The notes: generated from the sequence alone by a model not told the origin. A stretch of 64,000 bases of DNA from Candidatus Omnitrophota bacterium (GCA_029261065.1 JAJDCB010000012.1:13430-77429); one strand, 5' to 3'; shown: positions 1-11,095, numbered from the stretch's first letter. A program made the numbers and translations.

Positions 1-408
1 ATACAAGATTATTTAAATACTCATAACAAAAATTTATCCAAGGATCTATTTGAGACGTTTTCTCGAAATACACGTGGTATGATTAAACCAGATATTGAAA
101 AAAGTTTAGATGCGTTTTTTTCAACAGATATGATCCCTCCAGAGCCAAAACATCCAACCAATACCTGTGATCCCTATAATGGAAATTGGGCGGAGCATTT
201 GATGGATCCTTATGAGCTTTCCAAAACATTGGCAGATACGGGTTTTGATGTGAAGGTTAATAGCGGATTTTATGGTGAGTTTAGTAAACCTTTTAAACGT
301 CTGATTGGCAATTCCTTAAATGTCCCTATCTATGTGTTTCCTAAATTTGGCATTCGTTTCGCGCCTTTTTATTCATTATATGGTATTAAAAAAATGGAAA
401 ATGTGTGA
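1..408 (+). CDS. partial CDS (5' end outside window), probable C-terminus of a class I SAM-dependent methyltransferase
   Basis: Frame 1 is open from base 1 (IQDYLNTHNK...) to TGA at 408; glycan-locus context; the SAM motif is not visible. Confidence 0.45.
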   Translation: MQDYLNTHNKNLSKDLFETFSRNTRGMIKPDIEKSLDAFFSTDMIPPEPKHPTNTCDPYNGNWAEHLMDPYELSKTLADTGFDVKVNSGFYGEFSKPFKRLIGNSLNVPIYVFPKFGIRFAPFYSLYGIKKMENV

Positions 409-1823
409 TGCTTAAAAAAATTATCCTTATTGTTTTGTTGTCTTTGCTAACAATCTCCGCTTTTTGTGTCCGGCTTGAAAATTACAAAAATAGCCAAGCG
501 AGATCAATTGATGAAGTTGTATATATGCGCTTAGCAAAACAAATAAAGGATGATATCCATAATTACAATTCTATTGCCTACGGAGAGGAATTGCAGGCTA
601 CAGGAAGAGAACTTCCAAACTACTTTTTTCAACCTCTATTTAAACACCCCCCTTTGTTTGCTCTCATTCTGTCTTGGTCTATGCATATTTTTGGAGTTAA
701 TGGTCTCGCCGGTGGCTATGTGACGGTAGCTTTAGGGGCATTAATGATTCCTTTGATGTTTTTTTTAGGTACTCTTGCCTATAATTGGCGGGTTGGTTTG
801 ATGTGCAGTGTATTGATGTGGTTGGATCCTATTAGTATTATTTGCTCCCAGAAAGTATGGATGGATACCCCTCTTGGTTTTTTTGCATTATTATCTATTT
901 TGCTTTTTTCCTATGGTCTTAAAAAAGACAAAGACAAATGGTATCTTGCAAGTGGATTTGTGAGTGGGTTGGGTACGTTGACAAAATACAGTGGTTTTTT
1001 ATCTACTCTTGTTGTCCTTGGATATGCATTGGTTTATAGAAGAGATTTGTTTAAAAATAAACTTTTTGTAGGAAGTTTATTTTTACCTTTTTTGATGTTA
1101 ATGCCTTGGTTTTTTTGGAATTATAAAGTTTATGGCCTAGATTTCTTTTCAAATTTTCTTATTGAGCAGTTCCCTCATTTTTATCACAATGCCAAAATAT
1201 TTGGCCCTTTTGTACTTTTTGCCATGGCTTTAATTTCTTATTGTATTTATGTCATTTCCAGGAAAAAGCACAGGACACCCCAAAATATAACGGTCAAAGA
1301 AGTTAAAAAACTATCTTTAGAGAAACCTTTACAAATGATATTTACCGCATTATTGATTGTCATTTTGTGGGAACCTCTGCGCTATGGCTTAGAGATATCC
1401 TATCTCCCACAGCATTCCTGGGCAGGAACAGGGTTTCCCGCAGATATAAGTCCGTTTTTTTATTTTAGACAATTGGTCAATTTTTCGATGATTTATAGTT
1501 TCGGTTTATTGGGAATGTTTGTTGTATTTAAGGAGGATAATGAGGTGCAGTATCTTATAAGATTTAGTGCGATACTTATAATTGCTTTTTTTATTGTATG
1601 GAAAAATTATCAGTCGCGTTATATCATGCCTTTTATGCCTATGTTAATCGTTTTAACTTGTGGAACCCTATATCGGTTTTATGAGAAAATTTTAACTTTT
1701 CGTATTCTTCTTTTAAAACAACTAAGTTTTTTACTGCTTAGTTTTTTAATATGTTTAGCTTTTGCTAAATTAAGCGTTATTCACTCTGTTTTGAGTTTTC
1801 CGCACAACTTTTGTTATTTTTAA
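405..1823 (+). CDS. GT-C fold membrane glycosyltransferase (ArnT/PMT-like)
   Basis: Many TM segments; DE motif (SIDEVVY) after the first TM; KHPPLF, MDTP, LTKYSG and RYIMP motifs. Confidence 0.85.
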   Translation: MMLKKIILIVLLSLLTISAFCVRLENYKNSQARSIDEVVYMRLAKQIKDDIHNYNSIAYGEELQATGRELPNYFFQPLFKHPPLFALILSWSMHIFGVNGLAGGYVTVALGALMIPLMFFLGTLAYNWRVGLMCSVLMWLDPISIICSQKVWMDTPLGFFALLSILLFSYGLKKDKDKWYLASGFVSGLGTLTKYSGFLSTLVVLGYALVYRRDLFKNKLFVGSLFLPFLMLMPWFFWNYKVYGLDFFSNFLIEQFPHFYHNAKIFGPFVLFAMALISYCIYVISRKKHRTPQNITVKEVKKLSLEKPLQMIFTALLIVILWEPLRYGLEISYLPQHSWAGTGFPADISPFFYFRQLVNFSMIYSFGLLGMFVVFKEDNEVQYLIRFSAILIIAFFIVWKNYQSRYIMPFMPMLIVLTCGTLYRFYEKILTFRILLLKQLSFLLLSFLICLAFAKLSVIHSVLSFPHNFCYF

Positions 1824-1825
1824 AT

Positions 1826-2761
1826 CTATTTATTTTCATGCGGTTTTTGATAATACCCGTAGATATCCTCCCCCAAACCAAACATCTTTAAAGGTAAATT
1901 AAGCATATTTCTAATAAGAAATAATCGTTTCAGTTTATTCTTAGAAGAACTATTGGCAATATTCGCCACAGATGCAGCACGTTTGTTAGATTTTTTTGCT
2001 TTAAATCCTGCTGTAAAATCTTTAATGGTTGATGGTTTTAGATCTAATGTTTCGGTGAGTTTAGGTTGTAATCCTGCATTTTTAGCGCATTGGTCTAGCG
2101 TTGAGTGCTGAAATAAATGCAGATGAACCTGGGGTTCCACGCAATTCCAGCGTTCTTTTAAAAGCAACCAGGCGATGCTTTTTATATTGGGTGTGCTTAT
2201 GGCTAATATTCCCCCTGGTTTTAAGATACGTTTAATTTCTTTAAGCATCTCATAAGGGTTGTGGAGATGTTCAATAACTTGCCACATCGTGATGACCTGA
2301 AAAAAATTATCTTGAAATTTCTCTTTGTGTAATTCTCTTGTATAGACTGTTAATCCATGTCTTCGTGCGACCTCATAGGATTTTTTTTCAAGCTCGATGC
2401 CATAGCTATCCCATCCACATTTTACAGCCGCATTCATAAAAGCTCCATTGGAACAGCCTATGTCAAGGAGGTTTGATTTTTCGGTTAATTTGCCAATTTT
2501 ATTCAGGATAGGTTTATAAAATAACTTAAACTTAGTGTCAGAATAGTCCCATAACTCTTTTTCTTTTGAGCCGTGATGGCTTTCTCTGTTGGCATAAAGA
2601 GCAATGATTTCTTCATTTGAAAGAGAATCTTTGACAAAGACATGTTTGCAATCACGACATATAAGATAAGCCATATCATCTTTGATGCAAAAAGTTTTAT
2701 GATTAATGTTTTCACAGATAATACATATAAGACTGGATGTAGAATGTTTTGATATATTCAA
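1826..2761 (-). CDS. class I SAM-dependent methyltransferase with N-terminal Cys (Zn) motifs
   Basis: LLDIGCSNG, VIEHL, LKPGG; CxxC pairs at the N-terminus. Confidence 0.9.
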   Translation of the reverse strand: MNISKHSTSSLICIICENINHKTFCIKDDMAYLICRDCKHVFVKDSLSNEEIIALYANRESHHGSKEKELWDYSDTKFKLFYKPILNKIGKLTEKSNLLDIGCSNGAFMNAAVKCGWDSYGIELEKKSYEVARRHGLTVYTRELHKEKFQDNFFQVITMWQVIEHLHNPYEMLKEIKRILKPGGILAISTPNIKSIAWLLLKERWNCVEPQVHLHLFQHSTLDQCAKNAGLQPKLTETLDLKPSTIKDFTAGFKAKKSNKRAASVANIANSSSKNKLKRLFLIRNMLNLPLKMFGLGEDIYGYYQKPHENK

Positions 2762-2776
2762 AGATTAAACCTTTTT

Positions 2777-3919
2777 TTATGGCTTCTCAGCTTTTACAGT
2801 GACAGGAATGGATTCTATTGGATAAATAATTTTCTTGATGCTTCGTATTAGAGAAAGTTTAAAGTTATTCTTAGTTTTAATCCGAGGTCCTAAGACAATG
2901 ACCCCTTCATTTGTTTTTAGGACAGGCATCTCAAGGTCTTTAAACCATGTTTTGACCTGAGAATAGGTATGGTGTGTGGCTATGGGGGCTGCATACCAGT
3001 CAAAAATACAATGGGGATGCGGATCAACTTTTATAAATAAATTGACAAAATCAACTAAAAATATTTTTTCTAGAATCTTTCTTAAACGAAACATGCGTTT
3101 TGTAAAGATTTGCAGTCTTTCGATAGACATTTTTGTAGTTCTTTTTCTTATTAAAGCATCAAAAAATTCATAAATAAAGTTACCTTTGCCATAGAGATGA
3201 ATGGTGATGGTCCCTCTTTCTTTTAATTTTTTAGATAAATTTATAGTCGCTTGATGGGCATTTCCTGTATGCATTAATACTCCTATGGAGTAGATAGCAT
3301 CTAGGGATTTTGGTTTTAGAGGCAGGTTAAAGATGTCACCTTGGATAATTTGAACGTTCGCCAACTTATGAGTGTTCTCATTGGCCGATTCAACGCCGTC
3401 TCCTAAATCTACGCCTATCACGTGATTAGCATTTTTAGCGGCCCAATGGCAATAGCGCCCGTTGCCACATCCAGCATCAAGGACTACCTTTTTTTTCAGA
3501 TCATCCGGATTTAATAAAGATTTCCTATGAAAGACCTCTTCTTCAAACGCATTATTATATACGGGATCATCCCAACCGAATCGGTTGTACTCAACCCATT
3601 CAAATCCAAAATTTTGAATTGTTTGTTTTTTTAGATCTTCGAGCTTATCACCAGTTAAAGTATAAGAATTCGCATTTAAGGAGCATTTTTTTAGTTGGTC
3701 TTCATATTGCATTGAGAATTCATGGTATTCATCTTTGATGAGATCCTTGGGTAAAAATCGAGGTACGGAGCGAATAACAGGAAACCATTTTTTGCATGTA
3801 TCATTTTGGCAAATTAATACGCCATTTATAAGTCCGGAGTCGTCTTTATTAAATGTTTCAAGTTCTAAAGAACCCTGACAATCTAAACATTGAATGTAGT
3901 CTAATAACCATGTTTTCAT
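2777..3919 (-). CDS. Trm112-like domain fused to class I SAM-dependent methyltransferase
   Basis: N-terminal LLDYIQCLDC...FPVIRSVPRFL; VLDAGCGNGR; SIGVLMHT. Confidence 0.8.
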   Translation of the reverse strand: MKTWLLDYIQCLDCQGSLELETFNKDDSGLINGVLICQNDTCKKWFPVIRSVPRFLPKDLIKDEYHEFSMQYEDQLKKCSLNANSYTLTGDKLEDLKKQTIQNFGFEWVEYNRFGWDDPVYNNAFEEEVFHRKSLLNPDDLKKKVVLDAGCGNGRYCHWAAKNANHVIGVDLGDGVESANENTHKLANVQIIQGDIFNLPLKPKSLDAIYSIGVLMHTGNAHQATINLSKKLKERGTITIHLYGKGNFIYEFFDALIRKRTTKMSIERLQIFTKRMFRLRKILEKIFLVDFVNLFIKVDPHPHCIFDWYAAPIATHHTYSQVKTWFKDLEMPVLKTNEGVIVLGPRIKTKNNFKLSLIRSIKKIIYPIESIPVTVKAEKP

Positions 3920-3940
3920 TTTAATTCCTTGGTGTCTTCA

Positions 3941-5062
3941 TTAACAAGCAGGTAAAATGTTTTTGGCTCTTGCCTGCCAAGTGTATTCATTTTTTAAAAG
4001 TTCTAAAGCGTTTTTGCCAAGATTTTGACGATTCGTTTCATCCGTTTTTAACCTTAGTAATGCAGATTTCCATGCATTCATATCATCGTGTTGAACTAAT
4101 AACGCGTTTTCATTATGATGAAGTATTTCTTTAATAGCGGTAAGATCTGATGCAATGATTGCTTTGCCAGCGGCCATATACTCAAATATTTTTAATGGGC
4201 TCATCCATTCAACGGTATTTCCCTTGTTTCCTCCAACCGCAACTTTTGCTTGATAAGGGGCTAATAAAACATCCATATGGCTACGATAACGATCACCTAA
4301 AGATGGATCAATAAATCCATGGATGTGAAGGTTATTAAGTGATTGTGTGTTATTTCTCCAGTATAGAATATCTTTCTCTAATCCGCCAATGATATGAAAG
4401 TCCATATCAGGACATTCTTTTGCAAGATCAATAATAATCTCAACCCCTCTTCCTGGGTAAAGATGACCAATATATCCGACTTGAATCTTGTCATTGCGAT
4501 ATGAAAAAGTCAATGAAGTTTCTCTACTATGAGAAGGTTCTATGGGATCGGCTCCATCTTGTGCAATTTGAATTTTATTTGCGGGAAGGTTTTTAAAAAT
4601 TTTCAGATATTCTTCAGCTAAAGGTTTAGATATGCAGATAAGTTTGAAGAAATTTTTCGATTGAAATAAGGTGTTAAGCATCCAAATCTCCATTTTATGC
4701 CGAGGTCGGTCATGGGCTTCAAAAATGATGGGGACTTGTAAATGGCGTACGTTTAAGGCGCAATACATGTGACGAGAATATAGAAGATCTATGTTGGTCG
4801 TGTTTTTTAAATATTTTTGTATTTGGTAAAGGTAGGATAACGCTGAAAAGGCTTTTGGTTTATATTGCGAAAATTTTTGGATGTGAAAGTTGTTTTTTAC
4901 CCCGTAGTAAGTATAGGCATCCTTTTTTAATTGCTCACCTTCTTTGGCTAAAAGGGTAACATCATGCCCATTATTGGCAAAGGCTTGGCACATTTTCATA
5001 ACATGAACGCTGTTTGCAAATCGAGATGGGATGATGGAATGGGATAAGTATGTTATTTTCAT
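3941..5062 (-). CDS. glycosyltransferase family 4
   Basis: SPLKIFEYMAAGKAIIASD GT4 signature. Confidence 0.9.
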   Translation of the reverse strand: MKITYLSHSIIPSRFANSVHVMKMCQAFANNGHDVTLLAKEGEQLKKDAYTYYGVKNNFHIQKFSQYKPKAFSALSYLYQIQKYLKNTTNIDLLYSRHMYCALNVRHLQVPIIFEAHDRPRHKMEIWMLNTLFQSKNFFKLICISKPLAEEYLKIFKNLPANKIQIAQDGADPIEPSHSRETSLTFSYRNDKIQVGYIGHLYPGRGVEIIIDLAKECPDMDFHIIGGLEKDILYWRNNTQSLNNLHIHGFIDPSLGDRYRSHMDVLLAPYQAKVAVGGNKGNTVEWMSPLKIFEYMAAGKAIIASDLTAIKEILHHNENALLVQHDDMNAWKSALLRLKTDETNRQNLGKNALELLKNEYTWQARAKNILPAC

Positions 5063-5065
5063 AAT

Positions 5066-6802
5066 TTAGCTATGTAATATTTCAGGATATAATTCGTGTA
5101 AAATTTTTTCTTGTTTGCGTTGTTGATATTGATTTAGATATTTCTTAGGAATGCTAAATCCTCTTTTCTTCCTATTAAGAATTTCCTCTGGAAGAACATC
5201 TCTATAAGCTTCTTTTAATAAGCCTTTTAATTGATTATTGGAATATCTTATCTCTTCAGGGACATTGAAAATAAACTCAATGATTTCTTTTGATAATAAA
5301 GGAACCCGAGCTTCAAGGGATACAGCCATCGAGACGCGATCCACTTTTGTGAGTATATCGTTTGGTAAATAAGTGAAGAAATCCATGTATTGGAGGCGTG
5401 TTCTTATGGGTAATTGAGGTTTATAAAAGTTGCGAAAATGCCAATTATCATCGTAATCTTTAGGGATGTTCCATTTTTCTGCATAACTTTTTTTCTCTTG
5501 TTGAGACATACCTCCACGAAGTCTGGCAAGACAAGTTAAATCATCTGCGGTGGTCGTTTCTAGTTCGTTAAACATTTTATAGAAAAATGAACCAAATGGA
5601 AAAATCGATTTTAACTGGAATAACGTTTTGTTTAGATAATTATTATTATGGAAAGGATTTTTTGATAGCTTATGAAGGTAATCATACCAGAAGTAACCTC
5701 CAAATATTTCATCGCCTCCATCCCCTGTTAAGACAACTTTTACATGTTCTCTGGCAACTTTTGAGACTAAGAATGTTGGAAATGCGGATGTGTCGGCAAA
5801 TGGCTCATCGTACCATCCCTTTAGTTTTAAGAGAAGCTCATCAGTTTGAATGTTAGATAGTATTTTTTCTAAATGTTTTGTTTCAAATTTATTTGCCACC
5901 ATTTGAGCGTAGGGTGTCTCAGAGTTTTCTTTATCATCAAATCCAATGCAGAATGTGGCAATTTTATCCGTTAAGGAGACTGATTCGGCAACAATAGTAC
6001 TAGAATCCATTCCACCACTAAGAAAAAAGCCTAGAGGGGTATCCGCGACAAGTTGTTGTTTCACAGATTCATTGATAAGGGATCTTAGTTTCTCAGTAGC
6101 TTCATTAAGGGAAATGGGCTGTGGTGAAGGATCAATCTCTAAGGTCCAATAGGGTGCGTTATGGAGAATTTGTTTTTTATTTAAGTCGTAGATGAGTTTG
6201 TGAGCTGGAAGCAATTTAAAGACGTTTTTGTACATTGTTTTGGGTTCTGGAATGTACATGTAACTTAAGTAATCATAAATGGCGGTGTAATCGTAATCAA
6301 ATGAGACATCGTGACACAAACTTACAATTGATTTTAATTCGGAGCCAAAGGCAAAGTTTTGATTTTGATGATAATAATATAAGGGTTTTATTCCGGCTCT
6401 ATCTCGAAAGAGCTTTAATTGGTTATTTTTTATATCGTGAATAGCTATGGCAAACATACCATCAATATGGTTTATAAACTCATCACCCCACTCGATATAA
6501 GCATTTAAAATGACCTCTGTGTCTGTTTGTGATTGGAAAGAGTGTCCTTTGTTTTCAAGTTGCTTTCGTAGTTCACGAAAGCCATAAATTTCTCCATTAA
6601 ACGTAATCCATACATTTTGATCAGCTGAGGACATAGGTTGATGCCCTTTCATACTTAAATCAATAATGGATAATCGAACAAAAGCAAGCGTAAGCTCTGT
6701 ATTGTGTATGATACCTTGATCATCAGGTCCTCGATGCTTTAAAGCCTTCAAGGCCTCTCTGTATTGCCAATCTTTGTTTGTTCCACCAAGAATTCCGCAC
6801 AT
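5066..6802 (-). CDS. asnB: asparagine synthase (glutamine-hydrolysing)-type amidotransferase, probably acting on a glycan
   Basis: N-terminal MCGI, HRGPD, NGEIY, LSGGMDSS, GDGGDE. Confidence 0.93.
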   Translation of the reverse strand: MCGILGGTNKDWQYREALKALKHRGPDDQGIIHNTELTLAFVRLSIIDLSMKGHQPMSSADQNVWITFNGEIYGFRELRKQLENKGHSFQSQTDTEVILNAYIEWGDEFINHIDGMFAIAIHDIKNNQLKLFRDRAGIKPLYYYHQNQNFAFGSELKSIVSLCHDVSFDYDYTAIYDYLSYMYIPEPKTMYKNVFKLLPAHKLIYDLNKKQILHNAPYWTLEIDPSPQPISLNEATEKLRSLINESVKQQLVADTPLGFFLSGGMDSSTIVAESVSLTDKIATFCIGFDDKENSETPYAQMVANKFETKHLEKILSNIQTDELLLKLKGWYDEPFADTSAFPTFLVSKVAREHVKVVLTGDGGDEIFGGYFWYDYLHKLSKNPFHNNNYLNKTLFQLKSIFPFGSFFYKMFNELETTTADDLTCLARLRGGMSQQEKKSYAEKWNIPKDYDDNWHFRNFYKPQLPIRTRLQYMDFFTYLPNDILTKVDRVSMAVSLEARVPLLSKEIIEFIFNVPEEIRYSNNQLKGLLKEAYRDVLPEEILNRKKRGFSIPKKYLNQYQQRKQEKILHELYPEILHS

Positions 6803-6806
6803 AATA

Positions 6807-7523
6807 TTAACTTTTGAGTTTACAAATGACGACTTGATTGTTTTTTAAAGGTAAGCCTTTAGTCATTCTATTTAAGATGTATTTAAAAGTAAAAAAGTTG
6901 AATCCGAACTTAAAAGGCCAATCAATGTAATGATTAATGATCGTAAAGCCATTTTCTTCCAAATACTTTCTAAATTCATCCAGTTGCCATTCTCTTATGT
7001 GTGAAGGGTTTGAGGGTTGCATGGCATCTTTTCCTAAAAGAGTATCTCTTTCTGGAGTTGAAAGAAGAATTAAAGTTTTCTTAGTTGAAAAATGTTTTAT
7101 GTAGTTAAGTATGTGCTGAGGGTCACTCATGTGTTCAATTACGTCTGCACATATGATCATATCAGCATATTCAATAAAGCTTTTAAGTTTAAGTTGAGGT
7201 TTTTCCAGATTTTCCGTGATGTAGTTTCCGGATTTATGTATTTTTTTGCAAATGTCAATCGTAGACTGTTGATCAACGCCGAAAATTTTAAAACCATCTT
7301 TAAAAAGAAGATTTAATTTCTTTGCAGGGCCACAACCAAGATCAAGAATTGATTTGCAATTATGTTGTTTGGCTAGCTCCCATCCCTTTAGATAAACATT
7401 GTATTGGTATCGCTGGCTTAAATGAATACGGCTTTTTGTCCAATACAGTTTATTAGGATTGGAGTCGATGGTTCTATTAACTTCGTTAATTTGATAACCT
7501 TCTTTTATATTGTAATTAGGCAT
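6807..7523 (-). CDS. class I SAM-dependent methyltransferase
   Basis: ILDLGCG, DVIEH, STP, HIREW. Confidence 0.88.
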   Translation of the reverse strand: MPNYNIKEGYQINEVNRTIDSNPNKLYWTKSRIHLSQRYQYNVYLKGWELAKQHNCKSILDLGCGPAKKLNLLFKDGFKIFGVDQQSTIDICKKIHKSGNYITENLEKPQLKLKSFIEYADMIICADVIEHMSDPQHILNYIKHFSTKKTLILLSTPERDTLLGKDAMQPSNPSHIREWQLDEFRKYLEENGFTIINHYIDWPFKFGFNFFTFKYILNRMTKGLPLKNNQVVICKLKS

Positions 7524-8844
7524 CTTTTAGGTCACTTTTTTTAAGTTTATGATAAATTCGAAAGATCATTAAAGTTGCCCAAGTTATGTAAAATAAAATA
7601 TAGGCATAAGCTGCTCCATTGAGGTTATATTCAACAAGAAATCGTGGAAGACATATGAAATATATTACTGTAGCAATAAGAATAGTACGAAATAATGACT
7701 TGTGTTCTCCTATGGCCAACACGGCTGGCGTCAGGGGTGTTGTGGCTATGGCTATGGCAATGGCAAAGAGGTAAAAAATGGTTGTTGAATAAATAGTTGA
7801 ATAGGCGGAGCTAAAGAAAGTATCAATTAAGAATTGGCCAAAAATTATAAAGCCTAACAAATATATTAGGACGCCTGCTCCAGACATTAAGCTTGTCTTT
7901 AAGATTAGAGATGAAAATTTTTTGAATTTTTTTTCGGAAACTAATTTTGTTAATTCTGGATAGATTGTTTCATAAATAGGGTCGAAGATTTTTATAATTA
8001 TACTGGCAAATAGTTTTGCAATCTTAAACATCCCTACCGCTTTTAAACCTAGAATCCCACCTATAATAAGTAAATCTAATTCTCGGGTTGCTAAACGAAT
8101 GGATGATATAAGGTTCGTTGAGATGACAAAAGACCAAATGCCTTTGCGGGTATTTTCTTGTTTTGTATCCTCTTTTTTAAAAAAATTTAATAAATTTTGA
8201 TTTTTTAATTCTAATAAACTAAATGTTACAAGTAACAGGTAATTGAGAATATCAAATATAAACCAAATAATTATGTAATATTGAAATGGTGCTTTTATAG
8301 AATAGGCAATAAGAATAAATATGAGTTTGAGTCCTTGGGAAATGATTTGAGGGTAAGTATAAGTCTTAAACCGGTTAAAAAGTCTTAATATTCCTATAGG
8401 GGTTCCTGAGATGTTAAATAAAATTAAGAAACAATAAATGTGGGCGTAGTGCACTAAATCAGGAGACCAAACATATCTTTGTGATAGTAATGAAACGCCT
8501 AGATAAGCAATAATAGTGCCTAAAATGGCAGTTGTTATATCAAGGGAGAAACCATAGCGAATAAGTTTTTTAAATTGGGCTATCCGATTATGTTGAATAT
8601 CATCTGTTCCATATTTTATGATCGCTTGCCACGATTGAAAGTTGATGAGACGATCAATGATTAGGACATATGTTTGAATTGTGACAAAGACTCCAAATAG
8701 TTCTGGTCCAAGGGCTCGAGCACATAGGGCAAAGCTAATAAGTGAAAAAATCGATGAAATGGCATTGCCAGTAAGCAAAGTTTTGGCATTTGTTAGGAGG
8801 CGTTTAAAGATTGTGTCGTTAAAGATGGAATTAATTAATGTCAT
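7516..8844 (-). CDS. oligosaccharide flippase (Wzx-like)
   Basis: About 12 TM segments; RALGPELFG motif; position among glycosyltransferases. Confidence 0.85.
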   Translation of the reverse strand: MTLINSIFNDTIFKRLLTNAKTLLTGNAISSIFSLISFALCARALGPELFGVFVTIQTYVLIIDRLINFQSWQAIIKYGTDDIQHNRIAQFKKLIRYGFSLDITTAILGTIIAYLGVSLLSQRYVWSPDLVHYAHIYCFLILFNISGTPIGILRLFNRFKTYTYPQIISQGLKLIFILIAYSIKAPFQYYIIIWFIFDILNYLLLVTFSLLELKNQNLLNFFKKEDTKQENTRKGIWSFVISTNLISSIRLATRELDLLIIGGILGLKAVGMFKIAKLFASIIIKIFDPIYETIYPELTKLVSEKKFKKFSSLILKTSLMSGAGVLIYLLGFIIFGQFLIDTFFSSAYSTIYSTTIFYLFAIAIAIATTPLTPAVLAIGEHKSLFRTILIATVIYFICLPRFLVEYNLNGAAYAYILFYITWATLMIFRIYHKLKKSDLKDA

Positions 8845-8852
8845 ATCTAAAT

Positions 8853-9995
8853 TTATGTTATTAGAGAATATAAACGGTTGTAATCTTTTGAAATCTTATC
8901 GTAACTAAATTGATCTACAATGAGTTCTTGAGCCTTTTGCCCTATTTGTTGTGTTTTGGTTGAGTCGTTTAATAATTTTGAAATGCATTGCGCGAGCGCT
9001 TTAAAATGATTGACCTCGAATAATAAACCTGTAATGTCGTCATTAATGAGCTTTTTGACCCCTTCAATATTTGTACTGATACACCCAAGAGCACAAGCCA
9101 TACCCTCTAGTAATGAATTGGGAAAACCTTCTCTGTGTGATGATAAAACGAACAGATCCGAAATTTGATAATAGTCTTGTGGGAGTTCTATATCTCCTAA
9201 GAAAGTAATATTAGAATTCATTGTTTGCGAAACACTTTCTTTTAGTGTCTTTTCTATGGAATCTTTTTGGTTACCTCCACTTCCCATGATTAAAAGATGA
9301 GCTTTGGGGTGCTCTGCTAAGACTAAAGGCCAAGCCTTGATGATAGTGTCAATGCCTTTGACAGGAACTAGTCGACCAGAACAAATGACAAGCGGTGTCG
9401 TTTTATCGAATCCTTTTGCTTTTTTGTTATTTTGTTTTTCTGTTTCTGAGAGTGGATAAAATTGTGATGGGTCAACACCATTGGAAATACAATGAATACG
9501 TTCTTGTGGCGTTTTAATTTTTATGAGTTCCTCTGTGATCTCTTTTGAAAGGCTCAAAATAATATTAGATTTTTTTAAGATATGAAGAATTACTCCTCCC
9601 CCCCATGTTTCCTTCATCTTTGTAATTCTTGTTGAAGAGGCTATTTTTACGATATTAGGTTTTCTAATTAGAAAACCTAAAATTCTTCCAACGGCGCCTA
9701 AAGCGGCAGCTCCGTGTGTATGAATGATATCAATTTTTCGAGAATGTTTAATGCTAAATATGACTAATCCAAGCAAATACATGAAAGTAGAGAAAAGGTT
9801 GTTGCCAGGTATTCCGATTCGATGGACTGGAACATTATTTATTTTCTCAAACGATGCGTAGGATGCATCCCATTTTCGAGTAACAACGTTGACTGTATTT
9901 CCAAGACTAACAAGGTATGGAATGAGTTGTTTTAACTGTCTCTCAGATCCTCCATAAATGGGATGATAACGATCTATGATCATTAAAATATTCAT
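8853..9995 (-). CDS. glycosyltransferase family 4
   Basis: GRLVPVKG, EGFPNSLLEGMA. Confidence 0.92.
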   Translation of the reverse strand: MNILMIIDRYHPIYGGSERQLKQLIPYLVSLGNTVNVVTRKWDASYASFEKINNVPVHRIGIPGNNLFSTFMYLLGLVIFSIKHSRKIDIIHTHGAAALGAVGRILGFLIRKPNIVKIASSTRITKMKETWGGGVILHILKKSNIILSLSKEITEELIKIKTPQERIHCISNGVDPSQFYPLSETEKQNNKKAKGFDKTTPLVICSGRLVPVKGIDTIIKAWPLVLAEHPKAHLLIMGSGGNQKDSIEKTLKESVSQTMNSNITFLGDIELPQDYYQISDLFVLSSHREGFPNSLLEGMACALGCISTNIEGVKKLINDDITGLLFEVNHFKALAQCISKLLNDSTKTQQIGQKAQELIVDQFSYDKISKDYNRLYSLIT

Positions 9996-9997
9996 AA

Positions 9998-11065
9998 TTA
10001 ATGTTTTTCTTCAAGTAGTTTGTTGGCTAATTGAATGATATCTTCCCCAATAATTTTCGGCGAACATTGTTCTTCATAAATCTTACGACCATTTTTGGCG
10101 ATTTTTTCGCGAAGCAATGGATCATTCTTTAAATCAGTGATAGCCTCTGCTAAGGATTTCGGATTGGCACAATCGCATAGGTAGATGTTTTCTTTGTGTG
10201 TAACTAATTCTTTGATAGACGGTGTGTTTGCTGTGATGATTGGTTTTCCAAGAGCCAGAGTTTCATAAACTTTAAAGGGGATGACCAATTGTGTTTTTTC
10301 TGTTTCTCCAAATAATCCAAGACAGATGTTTGCCTTAGACATATATTGAGGGATTTCAAAAAAAGCGACTGGCGGGATAAATGTAATGTTTTTTAGGCCT
10401 AAATCATGAGCTTGTTTTTTGCGTTCCTCTAATTCTCTCCCGCCCCCTACCATTTGGAATTTAATATCCGGTAATAATTGGGCTGCTTCAATAATATATT
10501 TTGTGCCATGGAGTGCTTGGTATTCTCCATGAAAATGAATAAGAAAGGCATCTTCTTTGGGTGTAGCTGTTTGTTTCATAATCGTATCATCACACCCCAA
10601 GAATGAGCGATGAAATTTACGTTTATCTAAGGAATATTCTTTAATAAAATAATTAATATGTTCATGGGTATCAAGAAGGACCATATCAGATAACTGACAA
10701 GATAGTTTTTCCATGTAACGAACAATAGAGGCTTGAATTCCTTCGGGTTTAATGGACTTACGATCAAAGGCGAGTGTTTGATAGGTAGATAAAAAAGCTT
10801 CAAAAATTATTTTTTTGCGTGTAAATAAACGGACAAATGGGATTAAGAATTGCCCTAAAAATCCTACAAGAATAATATCACATTTGTGTTTGTATTTTAG
10901 AAATCTAAAAAAACCAACGATGTAACGAAATACAGATTTTTTATCATAGGAGCAATCATAAACAATAGCCCCCGCTTCTTTTAATCCGCGTTTTAAAACC
11001 CTTGTGCGGACATAACTGGACTCACGACCAGGGAAATAACAAATTGTTAGGGGCTTGGCTGTCAT
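9998..11065 (-). CDS. glycosyltransferase family 4
   Basis: IPFKVYETLALGKPIIT. Confidence 0.85.
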   Translation of the reverse strand: MTAKPLTICYFPGRESSYVRTRVLKRGLKEAGAIVYDCSYDKKSVFRYIVGFFRFLKYKHKCDIILVGFLGQFLIPFVRLFTRKKIIFEAFLSTYQTLAFDRKSIKPEGIQASIVRYMEKLSCQLSDMVLLDTHEHINYFIKEYSLDKRKFHRSFLGCDDTIMKQTATPKEDAFLIHFHGEYQALHGTKYIIEAAQLLPDIKFQMVGGGRELEERKKQAHDLGLKNITFIPPVAFFEIPQYMSKANICLGLFGETEKTQLVIPFKVYETLALGKPIITANTPSIKELVTHKENIYLCDCANPKSLAEAITDLKNDPLLREKIAKNGRKIYEEQCSPKIIGEDIIQLANKLLEEKH

Positions 11066-11095
11066 CGTTTTAAGGGCTGTTAATAAGATGTGGGG

